Shown here in pieces: positions 30,355-41,215 of a stretch of 64,000 nucleotides of DNA. The stretch covers positions 1,488,001 to 1,552,000 of the forward strand of contig OZ037841.1 in the NCBI GenBank assembly GCA_964035575.1, given 5' to 3'. A program made the translations under genes and the position numbers. The stretch is from Rhynchopus sp. YZ270_cl-10 (taxonomy: Eukaryota). Every line of letters begins with the position of its first letter. Positions within the stretch are counted from its first letter, which is position 1. The notes beneath the pieces are model-generated. The model was not told where the DNA came from. It made no database searches and saw only the letters and a list, made by a program, of their open reading frames with translations.

Positions 30355-33300
30355 ATGGGAGGCCTGCGTGCTGTGTTGCTGTGTGCTCTGGGGCTGCTAG
30401 TGGGGCAAGGTGCGGCTGCGAATGTGCAGCTGACGGCGTGCTCTGAGGGGATGTGCACGGTGGCCGCGTCTGGCGGGGACGAGGCGTCTGTGCATGCGTG
30501 GAGTGTGTCGGGGCGGGTTGCTGTCAGTAGCGCTCTGCCGTGCACGTCGATGAGCGGGGGTGCTGTGACAGTGACACTGCGCGTTGCGGATAGGACACAC
30601 GTTGCCACGGAAGCGTCTCTGTGGCAGAGAGACGGCTGTGCGGAAGACATGTTTAGCCCGCGGTGGGAGCTGGCTGCCGTGTTCACAGACGGCCTGTCCG
30701 CGGCCGTGGGGGTGGACCTGCAGACAGCAGAGCTGCAGATGTCGTCGCACGTCGGGCCCTCGGGGTGGGCGGGCACGCTTGCAGGCACCGTCCCTGCGGC
30801 AGACCTCTTCGCAGGGCATGTGTCCGGACCGGCACCACTTGCGCTGTCAGCAACGTACACGACAACGGCGTCGGGGGTGGTATCCGCAGGAGCAGTGACA
30901 AGGGGGGCTGTGGGGGCGATGCTGCGTGGGGACGATGTGACGCTGACGACGGACGGCGTTGTGTTCTCGGGGTCGATGAGGACGGACGGGCGCAGAAGCT
31001 TCGGGGATGGTGCGCTGGTGGTCGGCGGGGTGCCGGCAGTGGGGAGTTTCCACTACGACCACGTGACGGAGAAGTTCGCTATGTCGGGTAGTGCCGGGAC
31101 GGTGACCGTCGGTGCAGGCTGCCCATGCGTAGTGGAGCTGCACAACTCAGCGGTTGTGATCGGGAAGGAGGCTGGTGGTGCCTGGGAAGGATGGGTCATG
31201 GGACAGGCACAGCTGTTCGGAGGTACACCGTTTGGAACACTTCCGTTTGCGGACGGAACGCTTGGGCCGCTGTCGCTGACGACAACGTTTGTGACGACAA
31301 GTGGTGTGCTGGACGGGGACCTGACGTTTGACCATGTGAAGGGCGATCCGTGCGCGCAGCCGACAGGGACGTACGCAGGGACGCTGAGTCTGGCGGGTGC
31401 GGCGGCGCTGGACTTCTCTGGGACGATGGCGTTTGACCGCTGCTCCGGGGTTGTGTCCGTGGAGGCGTCGGTACAGGCGGGTGTGTCGGGGTGGGTGGCA
31501 CCTGGGGCTGTGTCTGTGGAGGGCACACTTGCGCTGCGTGTTGCCAGCAGTGGGTTCTCGCACGCGGACGGTGTGCTGACGGCGTTGTCTGTGCAGACGT
31601 GGGCAGGGGCTGTGTCTGGGTCGCTTGCCTCTGGTGGTGCTGGTGGTGCGGAGGTGGCGTTTGAGGTGTCCTTCAACACAAGCCTCGACCACGCGAATGT
31701 GGAGGCGATGCTGTCGTACACAGACGAGCATCTGGTTGCGCGTGTGAAGGTGGGCTCCGACTGCACCGGGTCAGGGCTGGTGCAGGTGCACCTGCCTGCA
31801 GGGCTGCCTTCACTGGAAGTGCACGCGGTGTACAGGCGGGCGGTGTGCTCGGCAGAGAGCCATGCGTGGAAGTTGGAGGGCACGCTTGGGCAGGATATGC
31901 CGGTCGACTTTGCGGGGAAGACGCTTGTCCTGGCAGCACCGACGGTGCACGTGGCATCTGATGAGGAGGGTGCAAAGACTGTGGCGGTTGTGGCGGCGCT
32001 TGGGCCTTTTTCGGTGACGGCTGAGTTTGGCGACAACGTGCCATTCACGCTGACTGCGCGTGCGGGAGGCCCTGACGGTGCGGCAGTGACACCGAGGGCG
32101 TTCCTGGAGGCGCTGTCGGCTGGGGGTGTCTTTGGGGCAAACGTGGGGGCTGCACACGAGGTGCTGTTCTCGGGGCTGATGGACCTGTCGCTGTCGGAGG
32201 TGGTGGTGATGTTTGACTTTGACACACCGGCGGCTGCGCTCTACGCACGCGGGACGCTGTTCGGAGCAGACTTCAGCGTGCTGGTGTTAGCGGAGAAGCG
32301 CACCGGGACGTGGGAGTACGCAGCGGCGCTGACGGCAACGGGGCTGCAGCACCTGGACCTGCCTGGCGTGCTTGGGGGTGTTGTGGAGTCGCTTGCACCG
32401 GAGGCAGTGTCCGTGTCGGTGGCGACTGCGGCGCTGTCGTTTGACGGGCGCAGCATCCGTGACGGGTTCTGCGTGGGTGTGACGCTGCCGCTGGACAGGG
32501 GTGTGATGCACGACATTGCGGCCGTGGCGCCTGCGTCGCTGATGGCGCAGGCAGAGGCTGCAGGCGCAGGTGGTGTTGCTGGTGCACCTGCGGGCACGGT
32601 GACTGTCGTGGCAGCGCTCACAAGCTCAACGGAGATCCGCCTTCTGCTTGTGCTTGCTGGCGGAGTGGAGCTGGGGTCGGACGAGGTTGTCCTACGTGAG
32701 GCTGCCCTGCTGCTGGTGCTGTCGCACAGCGCACCTGCGTTTGGGTTCGAGGTTGTGATTGACCTGCACATGGATGACCGTGTGCTGACGGCAGCAGCGG
32801 GGCTTGAAGTGGGAGCGTCCGGGCTGACGCTGGCTGCGTCTGTGGACAGCAACCGGGAGTGGGCTGCGCCCTTCGGGATTGACGGTGTGGCGATTCTGTT
32901 CCCCCTTGGGCTGCGTCTGGGTGTGACGCCTGCAGGCGTGCTGTCGGAGTTTGCCCTGACCGGGGGTGTGCGGCTGAGCAGTGCCCGCGGGGAGGTGACG
33001 CTGAGTGTGAACCTGGCGGACCTGTCGGAGACGGCGTTCATGGTGGAGGTGACAAACCTGGACGTGCAGGACGTGCTGGAGGGGCTGCTCAACTGCCATG
33101 CCTGCACACAGGGTGTCGGGGAGGTGCTCACGGAGATGTCTGTTGCGCGCTTTGCGGCGTCGTTCAACGCAGACCCGGTGAACGCAGCGACCATCTCGTT
33201 TCCAGGGGACGTGGCTGTGGAGATCCCTGCGGGGGTGTCGATTGAGCTGACGGACCTGCGCCTGTGGGGTGTGGTGCGGGTGCGCCGTGCGTACTTTGCG

Positions 33301-35250
33301 CTGGACGCACATGGTGTGGAGGCGGCGTTTGAGGCAGACACGCTGAGGTGGGGCCCGCTGACCATCACGGATGCGGCAGGAAACCGGAACAAGGGGCCTG
33401 CGTTTGCGTTTGTGCTGCGTGACGACGAGCAGTCTCTGATGTTTGACGGGCGGGCGGAGGTGTTCGGGCAGTACGTGTCGCTGTACCTGCGTGTCGGGGA
33501 CAACTTCGCGGAGGGGCACTTTGAACTGTCGCTTGGGAGCCTGCGTGCGGAGGTGGAGATGACGAGTCTGGGGCGCCCTGGGCAGATCGGGTTCAGCAAC
33601 AGCGTGCGTGCAGAGTTTGAGTCGGACCTGCTTGGGGACCTTGCGCGTGCGGCGACGGAGTTCCTGCTGGGTGTTGCTGCGGAGATGCGGTCTGAGCTGG
33701 ACCAGGCACTCATCGATGTGAACAAGGCGGAGTCGAAGTGGGACGACGCTGTTGCGGACCTGGAGCAGGCGGAGAAGGACATGCGCAAGGAGATCAACGC
33801 TGCGTCGGCGGATGTGCGGGCTGCACGGAAGAAGGTGAACAGCTTCGACTGCGGCGACATCTGGGGCATCTCGGACATATGTGAGGTAGGGCTTGACATT
33901 GCAAGGGGGACGCTGACTGCGACGATCTCGACTCTCAACGCTGTGCGTGACGCAAGCGCTGCAGTGCTGCGCGGCTTTGCAGTCCTTGTGGACGAGTCAC
34001 GTGTGCTGCTCGACGTTGCGCGCGAGGTGCTGTCGTGGGCGCAGGCGGGTGTGGACGTCTTTGCCGACGTTGTGAGCGAGATTGGCGGGACGCTGGAGGA
34101 CATGCTCATTGTCCACGAGCTGATCTTCACGAGCGACGTGAGCAACAGGGCCGTCGCAGTGTCCTTCAGCCTCGACGCGACCTTCTTCGGGGAACGCTCG
34201 CAGGTCGGGTTCTCTGTGGGGATCAACTTTGACGAGCTTGTGGACATCATCACGGACTACCTTGTGCAGCTGTTCATTGGGACCTTCCCGGGTGCTGAGG
34301 ACGTTGTGGAGGCACCGCGTCCCGACACAGTGCTGCCGGTGGTGGTTGTGCTTGACGAGGCGGAGCGTGTTTACTCTGTTGCTGAGTACGTTGCCGAGAT
34401 CCGCACGCGCTCCGTGCACGTCGCCTCCGTGTCTGCAACGGGTCTGGCAGTGGTGCAGGAGGCGTGTGATCGCGTGGCGTTTATGTGCAAGATCATTATG
34501 CCGAGCATTGTGCAGCCCGTCATGTGCTCTGAGGCCGTCCTTACCGCCTCCTGCAACCTTGCGATCGCGAGTGTGAACCGAGACCTGTGGGCTAACGAGG
34601 TGCTCGTGTCTGCTGCACAGACGGGTGTGGCAGACCGCCTTGCCGCCACTGCGCGTGCCCTTGAGTTCTCGCGTATTTCGGAACAGCTGTGCGCCCTCTT
34701 GCCCCGAATCTGCATCCCGCCCACAACGTTGACGCTGGGCATGTGCCTCCCCTGCCCGTTGCTGCGCCCAACGCCAAACCCGACGCTGGAGGCTATGGTG
34801 ACGACGCTGCTGAAGGAGATGGTCATTGTGGGGATCACTGTGGAGCAGAAGAGCGCCGCCAAGCTTGCCGCCAGCATGAAGTACTACCAGGCGAAGGTCC
34901 GGTGTGCAATGATCAGGTGCAACGTGAAGACGAGCACACTGTCAGCGGACCTTGCGGCCTTGAGGAAGGCGGAGCACGAGCTGATGCTGGTGACTGCAGA
35001 GAAGAATGCTCTCGACGTGCCGCTGTTCGCTGCACTTGCGAAGACAAGCACCGTCGCTACGAGGGACGTCATTCTCCGTGCCGCTGTGCAGGAGGTCGTC
35101 ACACGTGAATACAACACTGCGGTTGCGAGGAACAGCAACTCCCGCTGCCCGGGCTGGTGGTGCACGTACAACGCACAGATGCTTGCTGTCACAGAGAAGT
35201 ACTACCAGCAGGCTGCTGTTTACTTCACATCCACGTCCACATCCACATAA
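30355..35250 (+). CDS. Giant secreted protein of unknown function (about 1630 aa; long beta-strand-rich region, coiled coil, Cys-containing tail)
   Basis: Signal peptide MGGLRAVLLCALGLLVGQGAAA, uninterrupted ORF, strong G/C-ending codon bias. Confidence 0.85.
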   Translation: MGGLRAVLLCALGLLVGQGAAANVQLTACSEGMCTVAASGGDEASVHAWSVSGRVAVSSALPCTSMSGGAVTVTLRVADRTHVATEASLWQRDGCAEDMFSPRWELAAVFTDGLSAAVGVDLQTAELQMSSHVGPSGWAGTLAGTVPAADLFAGHVSGPAPLALSATYTTTASGVVSAGAVTRGAVGAMLRGDDVTLTTDGVVFSGSMRTDGRRSFGDGALVVGGVPAVGSFHYDHVTEKFAMSGSAGTVTVGAGCPCVVELHNSAVVIGKEAGGAWEGWVMGQAQLFGGTPFGTLPFADGTLGPLSLTTTFVTTSGVLDGDLTFDHVKGDPCAQPTGTYAGTLSLAGAAALDFSGTMAFDRCSGVVSVEASVQAGVSGWVAPGAVSVEGTLALRVASSGFSHADGVLTALSVQTWAGAVSGSLASGGAGGAEVAFEVSFNTSLDHANVEAMLSYTDEHLVARVKVGSDCTGSGLVQVHLPAGLPSLEVHAVYRRAVCSAESHAWKLEGTLGQDMPVDFAGKTLVLAAPTVHVASDEEGAKTVAVVAALGPFSVTAEFGDNVPFTLTARAGGPDGAAVTPRAFLEALSAGGVFGANVGAAHEVLFSGLMDLSLSEVVVMFDFDTPAAALYARGTLFGADFSVLVLAEKRTGTWEYAAALTATGLQHLDLPGVLGGVVESLAPEAVSVSVATAALSFDGRSIRDGFCVGVTLPLDRGVMHDIAAVAPASLMAQAEAAGAGGVAGAPAGTVTVVAALTSSTEIRLLLVLAGGVELGSDEVVLREAALLLVLSHSAPAFGFEVVIDLHMDDRVLTAAAGLEVGASGLTLAASVDSNREWAAPFGIDGVAILFPLGLRLGVTPAGVLSEFALTGGVRLSSARGEVTLSVNLADLSETAFMVEVTNLDVQDVLEGLLNCHACTQGVGEVLTEMSVARFAASFNADPVNAATISFPGDVAVEIPAGVSIELTDLRLWGVVRVRRAYFALDAHGVEAAFEADTLRWGPLTITDAAGNRNKGPAFAFVLRDDEQSLMFDGRAEVFGQYVSLYLRVGDNFAEGHFELSLGSLRAEVEMTSLGRPGQIGFSNSVRAEFESDLLGDLARAATEFLLGVAAEMRSELDQALIDVNKAESKWDDAVADLEQAEKDMRKEINAASADVRAARKKVNSFDCGDIWGISDICEVGLDIARGTLTATISTLNAVRDASAAVLRGFAVLVDESRVLLDVAREVLSWAQAGVDVFADVVSEIGGTLEDMLIVHELIFTSDVSNRAVAVSFSLDATFFGERSQVGFSVGINFDELVDIITDYLVQLFIGTFPGAEDVVEAPRPDTVLPVVVVLDEAERVYSVAEYVAEIRTRSVHVASVSATGLAVVQEACDRVAFMCKIIMPSIVQPVMCSEAVLTASCNLAIASVNRDLWANEVLVSAAQTGVADRLAATARALEFSRISEQLCALLPRICIPPTTLTLGMCLPCPLLRPTPNPTLEAMVTTLLKEMVIVGITVEQKSAAKLAASMKYYQAKVRCAMIRCNVKTSTLSADLAALRKAEHELMLVTAEKNALDVPLFAALAKTSTVATRDVILRAAVQEVVTREYNTAVARNSNSRCPGWWCTYNAQMLAVTEKYYQQAAVYFTSTSTST

Positions 35251-36419
35251 ATAGACATTGTCGTTGTGGAAAACAACACCTTGTTGTGTGATATGCCTCC
35301 TCCCTTTCTCTTTCCCCCACGCTCTTTATATTAATTTTTATTTACTGTAACGCAGATTTGCGTGTGTGCGTCTCTTGCCCTTTGGAATGACACAACGCAC
35401 ACACATCGCTATGATGTTCATTTTTCTTTGCTCATTTCCCTTCCGAAAACAACAACAGCAGCAATTGCAGATAAGTGTTTCAAACCTGATCAACCTTTTC
35501 TTTCTTTCCCTTCTTTTACTCTTTTTTGTTTGTGTCAAACAGCAGGCAGCACCGCATATATCTGGAAGGTTGCGTTTCTTTCTTTGAAACGCTTCTTCCA
35601 CTTGGCAGATGCAGCCCTGTGTTGATGACTCCAAGCCACCACGTTGGCAGACACCCCACTTTCGTTCTTTTTTCTTTGTTTTGCGTTGTTTTCAAAGATG
35701 TGTGCGCAAACCGCTGCCATGAGGCTGAGGCTGAGGTTGTGGTTGTTGCGCATTCATTCAATCTTTCAAACATCGCGTTCCATTCCGTCCTTTCGTTCTT
35801 GGTGCTCTCGCCTACATGTCACATCCCGTAATAAGGATCGATGACTCTTTGGCCTAAAGCTCCAAACCCTTCTCCCACGCCCTCTTCGTGTATCCCTCAC
35901 ACCTGGTGCAACATGCAGTAGCGAACATGTCTCGGACACGTCTTTGCCCAGGCCTTATTATTTTTTTGGCGCACCGCCACCTAATTTGCTCATTTGCTTT
36001 TTTTTTTTTTATGCCCCACTGTGAGACGATGTTCCCGAGTAAAGCTCCATATTTGACAGAGTCATCTGCATTGTGTGGATCTGCTTTAATCTCGGGATGC
36101 ATTATTCATTTTCTGGATGTCTCGACCGAGAGGTTCTCCATATCTTTTGAACCCCTCCCTCCCTTCACTTTTCCTCCACTATTCCCAAAAAGTAAAATGC
36201 TTCTGAACTATTACCAACAAGAAACCACTCCCCACTTCCTCTCCATTCGTCACACTACCATTTCCCACAACTCAACAAACTACACACAAACCACCAACCA
36301 GAACACGACACGATAATTAACCTGGGAACACCCCACCCCCTTCACACCTCTTCTTCTGTAGGTATCTACTAGAGTAGGCATCTCACAAACTCCCTGACGA
36401 GGCAAATCATTTATTTTCA

Positions 36420-37481
36420 ATGAATTTGGCAGGATTTCGCGAGGTCTTCCAACGAGCCGGGGAACGTGCTACCGATGTACAGTGCTTGCGTCTCCTTACG
36501 ACACACCTTGCACCACGCCCGCCACAGCTCCGCCCTTTATCACGATATGACGAGATTGCGATGCTTTCCATTCTTCAGGAGTGGAACCGACCCTACGTTG
36601 TGTCCACCGCACTGCACATGCTGGACAACCTTGGCCGGCTAGAAGATGCGCACATCTATGCTGCTGCGGCAGCGTCCTTCACCCTAGCAGACGCACAACG
36701 CATCCTGAAGCACCACGGCATCACCACCTTTGACACCACCTCCTCCTTCGCACTTCTCCGCTCCTGCCGAAAAGCGCTCGACTCCCCCTCCGCAGAAGCC
36801 ATCATAAAGAAAATGCACGCCTCAAACATCCCAATCGAAAGCACCCACATCGCTGCCTTGATGTCCTGCTACAACGTTGATACTTCCTTTCGTCCAAAAA
36901 GAGAGACCCTCTTTCTTGACACACAAACCCGACCACTGAGGGTGACTGAAGCAGAGGCACAACGAAATGGTGAGAAGGTAGACGCATTGTACGATTCTGC
37001 AGAAAAAACGGACCGTATTGTGTCAGTTTACATCGAGCAGAACTATCGACGTACCAAATCACCGAGAGACGTTTTTGCACAGAACGCAGAAAAAGCGTTC
37101 TTCTCCCTCCACGCTGAGGAGAAAAAGAAGACACACCACCGAGGCCTCAAACCGCACCTCTGGCTTTCTCTGATGCGTGTCTTCGGGAAAACCCAAGATG
37201 CATCCAGTGCACGCAGTCTCCTCGCACTTTCTATAGACGAATCCGTTTCACTACCTCTTCTTAACAAAGAATACGCCAGGGCATTAGGCAGGGTTCCACC
37301 GGTAATGCAGAATGCGGTCAATGTACATGAAAGAAAGGAGCCTACAGAAGACGATTTCGTGTTTCTCAAAGATCTGAAAGGTCTGGAGGAACGACGAAGA
37401 AGAGAAGAAGAAGAAGAAGAAGAGGAGGAGGAAGGGAACGTTGCAGACAGCATTGTCGAAGCCTTGTCTCGGGATGCCTGA
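36420..37481 (+). CDS. Helical-repeat (PPR-like) protein with acidic tail
   Basis: PPR-like segments SFALLRSC..AEAIIKKMHASNIPIESTHIAALMSCY and LWLSLMRVFGKTQDASSARSLL. Confidence 0.6.
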   Translation: MNLAGFREVFQRAGERATDVQCLRLLTTHLAPRPPQLRPLSRYDEIAMLSILQEWNRPYVVSTALHMLDNLGRLEDAHIYAAAAASFTLADAQRILKHHGITTFDTTSSFALLRSCRKALDSPSAEAIIKKMHASNIPIESTHIAALMSCYNVDTSFRPKRETLFLDTQTRPLRVTEAEAQRNGEKVDALYDSAEKTDRIVSVYIEQNYRRTKSPRDVFAQNAEKAFFSLHAEEKKKTHHRGLKPHLWLSLMRVFGKTQDASSARSLLALSIDESVSLPLLNKEYARALGRVPPVMQNAVNVHERKEPTEDDFVFLKDLKGLEERRRREEEEEEEEEEGNVADSIVEALSRDA

Positions 37482-38086
37482 AGAGAGAGGGAAAAAGGGG
37501 CAAAAAAAATGTGGGTCTCCGGACTGATGTGTCAGTTTTTGGTGATTATTTGATACCAATGAAGTGTTCTCCTCTCCGGTATTCGATAACCCGCGGGAGA
37601 ACCAGTTTCCTGCGTCCAATGAACGGTGAGGCGTTTGCACTTCTCTTTTGATAACTCAGCAAGAGGCTGGGGTCTTTCTAACGTTTTCTCTTTTGATAGC
37701 AAATTCCGCTTCTCTTATTAGGTGGAGCAGTCTTGCAGCCTATTACAAAAAAAAATGTGCATGAGAAGCACATTCATCTTCTCAGGTTTTTTTAGTACCC
37801 TCCGCGATTCGATAAACCCCCCTACGGTGATTCGGCTGCGTCCACAGAGACATTTTGCACTTTTCAATTCTTTTCTAGCCTTTTTCAAGGAGGTTCTCTG
37901 AGATTACCTCTCCTTCTTTTCACCCTATTGGCTGCTGCTGCGGCGAAATAAAAAAAACTGTACACTATTTGCAAAACGTCTTCAATTTTAATCCCACTTT
38001 TTTTGATCCAACTCGCGCACCTCCTCTCTTCTCCACACATTTAACCATCTTCCTCAAAAAAAAAACATCCAGACATCACTCTCCAT

Positions 38087-39031
38087 ATGGCACCTCTATC
38101 GAAAGATGTTGTTGAGGATTTTCATAAAAACGGTCTTGCTATTGTAAAGGGGTTTGCTTCCAAGGAGCAATGTGCGGAGATGATGAAACGCATGGGGCAG
38201 CTCATTGAAGAATGGGACCCAGCTACGAGCGCGAACTCTGCGTTTAAATGTGCGAAGAACGTGAACATCACGAATGAGTACTTTTTCGACTCTGCAGACA
38301 AAATTCGCTTCTTCCTCGAACCTAAGGCAACCAACGAAGAGGGAATGCTCAAACCCGAGATCTCCAAGGAGCTTGCTGTCCACAAGGTAGGCCACGCATT
38401 GCATTGGTTGGACCCTGTCTTCCGGGAATACAGTTGCTCCACTGATGTGCTCGACCTTGCCACCTCCTTGGGGTACAAATCCCCGGTTCTCCCCCAATCC
38501 ATGTACATCTTCAAACAACCACGCATCGGAGACCCTGCAGTCATGCATCAAGACTCAACCTTCCTCCATACCACCCCACGCTGTTCGTGTCTTGGAATGT
38601 GGTTAGCCTTGGAAGATGCTACAGAAGAGAACGGATGTCTCTGGGGAAAGCCTGGGTCGCACAACGGAGGGGTACGTCGTCTCTTTGTAAGAAACCCCGA
38701 TTACTTTGAGAAGGGTGATAAAACTGCGACTCCGATTGTCTTTGAACCGATCGAAGGGGTAGAGCAAAACCCTGACGAAGGTGAGGCCTTTAACGACAAT
38801 GCTACAGCGCGTGCCCACGGATACGTCCCCTACCCAGTGCAGGCCGGAGACCTCGTTCTCATTCACGGTGAGGTGGACCATCTGTCATTCTCAAACTCAT
38901 CTGATAAATCTCGCCATTCCTACCAGCTTCATATGGTCGAAGGAGGCGACGTGGAATGGTCACCAAGGAATTGGATGCAATACCCGGAAGGGAAGGAATT
39001 TCCTAAGCTTGGGCAAAAGGAAACATTCTAA
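38087..39031 (+). CDS. PHYHD1: Phytanoyl-CoA dioxygenase domain-containing protein 1 (Fe/2OG dioxygenase)
   Basis: YFFDSADKIRFFLE, KVGHALH, QSMYIFKQPRIG, HQDSTFL, WLALEDATEENGCLW, HGEVDHLS..NSSDKSRH, NWMQ. Confidence 0.92.
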   Translation: MAPLSKDVVEDFHKNGLAIVKGFASKEQCAEMMKRMGQLIEEWDPATSANSAFKCAKNVNITNEYFFDSADKIRFFLEPKATNEEGMLKPEISKELAVHKVGHALHWLDPVFREYSCSTDVLDLATSLGYKSPVLPQSMYIFKQPRIGDPAVMHQDSTFLHTTPRCSCLGMWLALEDATEENGCLWGKPGSHNGGVRRLFVRNPDYFEKGDKTATPIVFEPIEGVEQNPDEGEAFNDNATARAHGYVPYPVQAGDLVLIHGEVDHLSFSNSSDKSRHSYQLHMVEGGDVEWSPRNWMQYPEGKEFPKLGQKETF

Positions 39032-39585
39032 AGTTTGAGAGAGTTTTTGGAGGGTGTTTTTGCTCCCACAGAAGGCCTCCCGTTGGAGGGTTAAGCTTCT
39101 GGATTGTTTTTTTTTGCTCAAGAGGTGAGTATTCTCTTAAGCAAGTTCAAGAAATAAAGTATTTCACAAAATTCAAAAAAAAATTATGCAATACCAAACA
39201 GCAGTCTTCTCAGATCGGATCTGCCGCAAGCAGCCTTTTGTTTTGGGATGACACAAAATTAATTAAAAAAAGGTAAAAAAAAAAACGCGGAAAAAAATAC
39301 AATTTAACTGAGATCCATGAACAAAAAAGCCCTTTATTTTCCCGCACAGTCTCCTCCCCTCCCTCTCTCCCTCCACTCACTACAAACCTCAGTTGGGAAA
39401 AATCGGGACTTTTTTTAAACCTTTGCATTTTTTTAGCTGTAGCTTTTCACCCAACCTTTCTTTTTACCTTGTCAGGTTGCAGCCTTCAGGGTTTTTAACT
39501 TTCGAAAAATACTTTGTTGGGTACACTGTCAGGGCTTTGTATTTCAACTCTACGTTGTTTGCTTCTCTTCTATCATTAGAACTAG

Positions 39586-40797
39586 ATGCTGCCACGCGAT
39601 AGAATTCGTTCACGCTATGCAGTGCGTCCCCAAGCAGTGCCTACCTCTAGGGGCCAGCAATGGGTTGCCCCGAAGCGTGAAACAGAGCGTCTACCCGAGG
39701 CACAGATGTCGGACCTTTGCGTCTTCTCGATCTTTGGTAGCGAAGAGGTAAAGAGCAAGGCTGTGACGCACGACAAACGCCGGCTTCTCCCACGCACCAC
39801 CCGTGTCACTGCGTTGTCGTTGTACAGAGGCAACCCCCTTCTCTTTGCGTTTGCCCGCGACGACATGAGCCTCCACGTATGCGAAATGCGAGAGAAACGG
39901 GTATTACATGAAATCAGCTTTTCGCAACGCGGTGCATTAACTGATGTGCGTTATACACACCACCCTGCGTGCATTCTGCTTGGGACAAACACCTTTGATG
40001 CTTCTTCTGGTCGGATTGATAGGTACGGTGTGCCTACTGTGTACGATGTGCATCATAACACAGAGGTGCAGGTCTACGATACACCGGAGGCCGAGGGGAG
40101 GACGACGCAGAGGGTGCCCTGTCTTGCGGTGTGTCCGACATCGGATAATTTTCTGGCCTGTTTGGATAATGGTAGTGTTGCGATGTATGATTTTAGGTCG
40201 CCAAAGATTGTGCATGAAATAGAAAAGCCTGGCGCCGAAACTGCCGGGCCGAACGGCAACCTCGCCTGCTGGGAGACGAACGGTACCTCCTTTGCAGTCA
40301 CGGCAGGGTCAAAGAAGATTCACATTTTCGACATCCGGATGAACGCGAGGGAACGTTCGGTGGACCTCACCGCCTCGCTGGCTGTCGACCGGAAGGAGGA
40401 GGACATCATTTCAATCGCGTTTTCTCCAAAAGGTAAAACGCTGGCAATAAAGCGCGCTTATGGTAGCATATTGAGTTTGCGTGCGTCTGGCTACAACGAT
40501 GTTGCGGATATTACCGAAATGAGACGTGGTGCGTCAGGTGGCGTAACAGACGACGCTGAACCCTTCAAGCACAGCAACGTGACGTACACCTCCACAGGGC
40601 ACCTTGTAACAGGCAACCCCGACGGCACCGTCGCGCACTGGGCAAACCCTCACGAAGAAGGCCTGCTCCTCGACACCACCGTCAAGCACGTCGCCACCGT
40701 CGGCCCCATCGAGTTCCACCCCCTCCTGCAGGTCGGCGTCTCTGCCTGCCACCTCCTATACCTCTGGAGCTCCTCGCTAGGGAGGAGCGGTGCATAG
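39586..40797 (+). CDS. WDR82: WD40 protein, WDR82/Swd2-like
   Basis: RVPCLAVCPTSDNFLAC..VAMYDFR, IAFSPKGKTL and C-terminal H..VGPIEFHP....VSAC..LYLW resemble the WDR82 pattern. Confidence 0.65.
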   Translation: MLPRDRIRSRYAVRPQAVPTSRGQQWVAPKRETERLPEAQMSDLCVFSIFGSEEVKSKAVTHDKRRLLPRTTRVTALSLYRGNPLLFAFARDDMSLHVCEMREKRVLHEISFSQRGALTDVRYTHHPACILLGTNTFDASSGRIDRYGVPTVYDVHHNTEVQVYDTPEAEGRTTQRVPCLAVCPTSDNFLACLDNGSVAMYDFRSPKIVHEIEKPGAETAGPNGNLACWETNGTSFAVTAGSKKIHIFDIRMNARERSVDLTASLAVDRKEEDIISIAFSPKGKTLAIKRAYGSILSLRASGYNDVADITEMRRGASGGVTDDAEPFKHSNVTYTSTGHLVTGNPDGTVAHWANPHEEGLLLDTTVKHVATVGPIEFHPLLQVGVSACHLLYLWSSSLGRSGA

Positions 40798-41215
40798 GGG
40801 CGTATCTGTGATAATATCTGGAAACGTTTTTGTGGGTTTTTTTTGCTCAGAATACAGCCAGGGGGAGGGATGGGGGGAGGGGAGGGGAAGAAGAAAAAAT
40901 TGCAAGAATTGGCCAGATTAGAGAGGTCTCAAGGATCGGTAGATGCGTGTTGTTTCTTGCTTCCTAGATGCTTTTTGGGGGGTTTTTTAGGGGAACCCAT
41001 TTCGGGTGATCGTGGATGAAAAATAAACCAAACTCAGGCACTGCAGCCTGAGGGGGGAGGTGTCAGCGGTACTGCTCTCCCCCCATTAAATGTAGGACAT
41101 CTTTTGAGAAAAGAAATTGGTCCAAAACGAGCCTCTCTTTTACGCAATATTTTCAACCTCTTCCCTGCCGGTCTTCATTTTTTTTCTTTTTTCACAGAAA
41201 CTTAAGGAACACAAC

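Noticed and set aside
31053..34253. Long minus-strand ORFs (390 and 670 aa)
   Set aside because: Antisense shadows caused by strong codon bias; no domain motifs.
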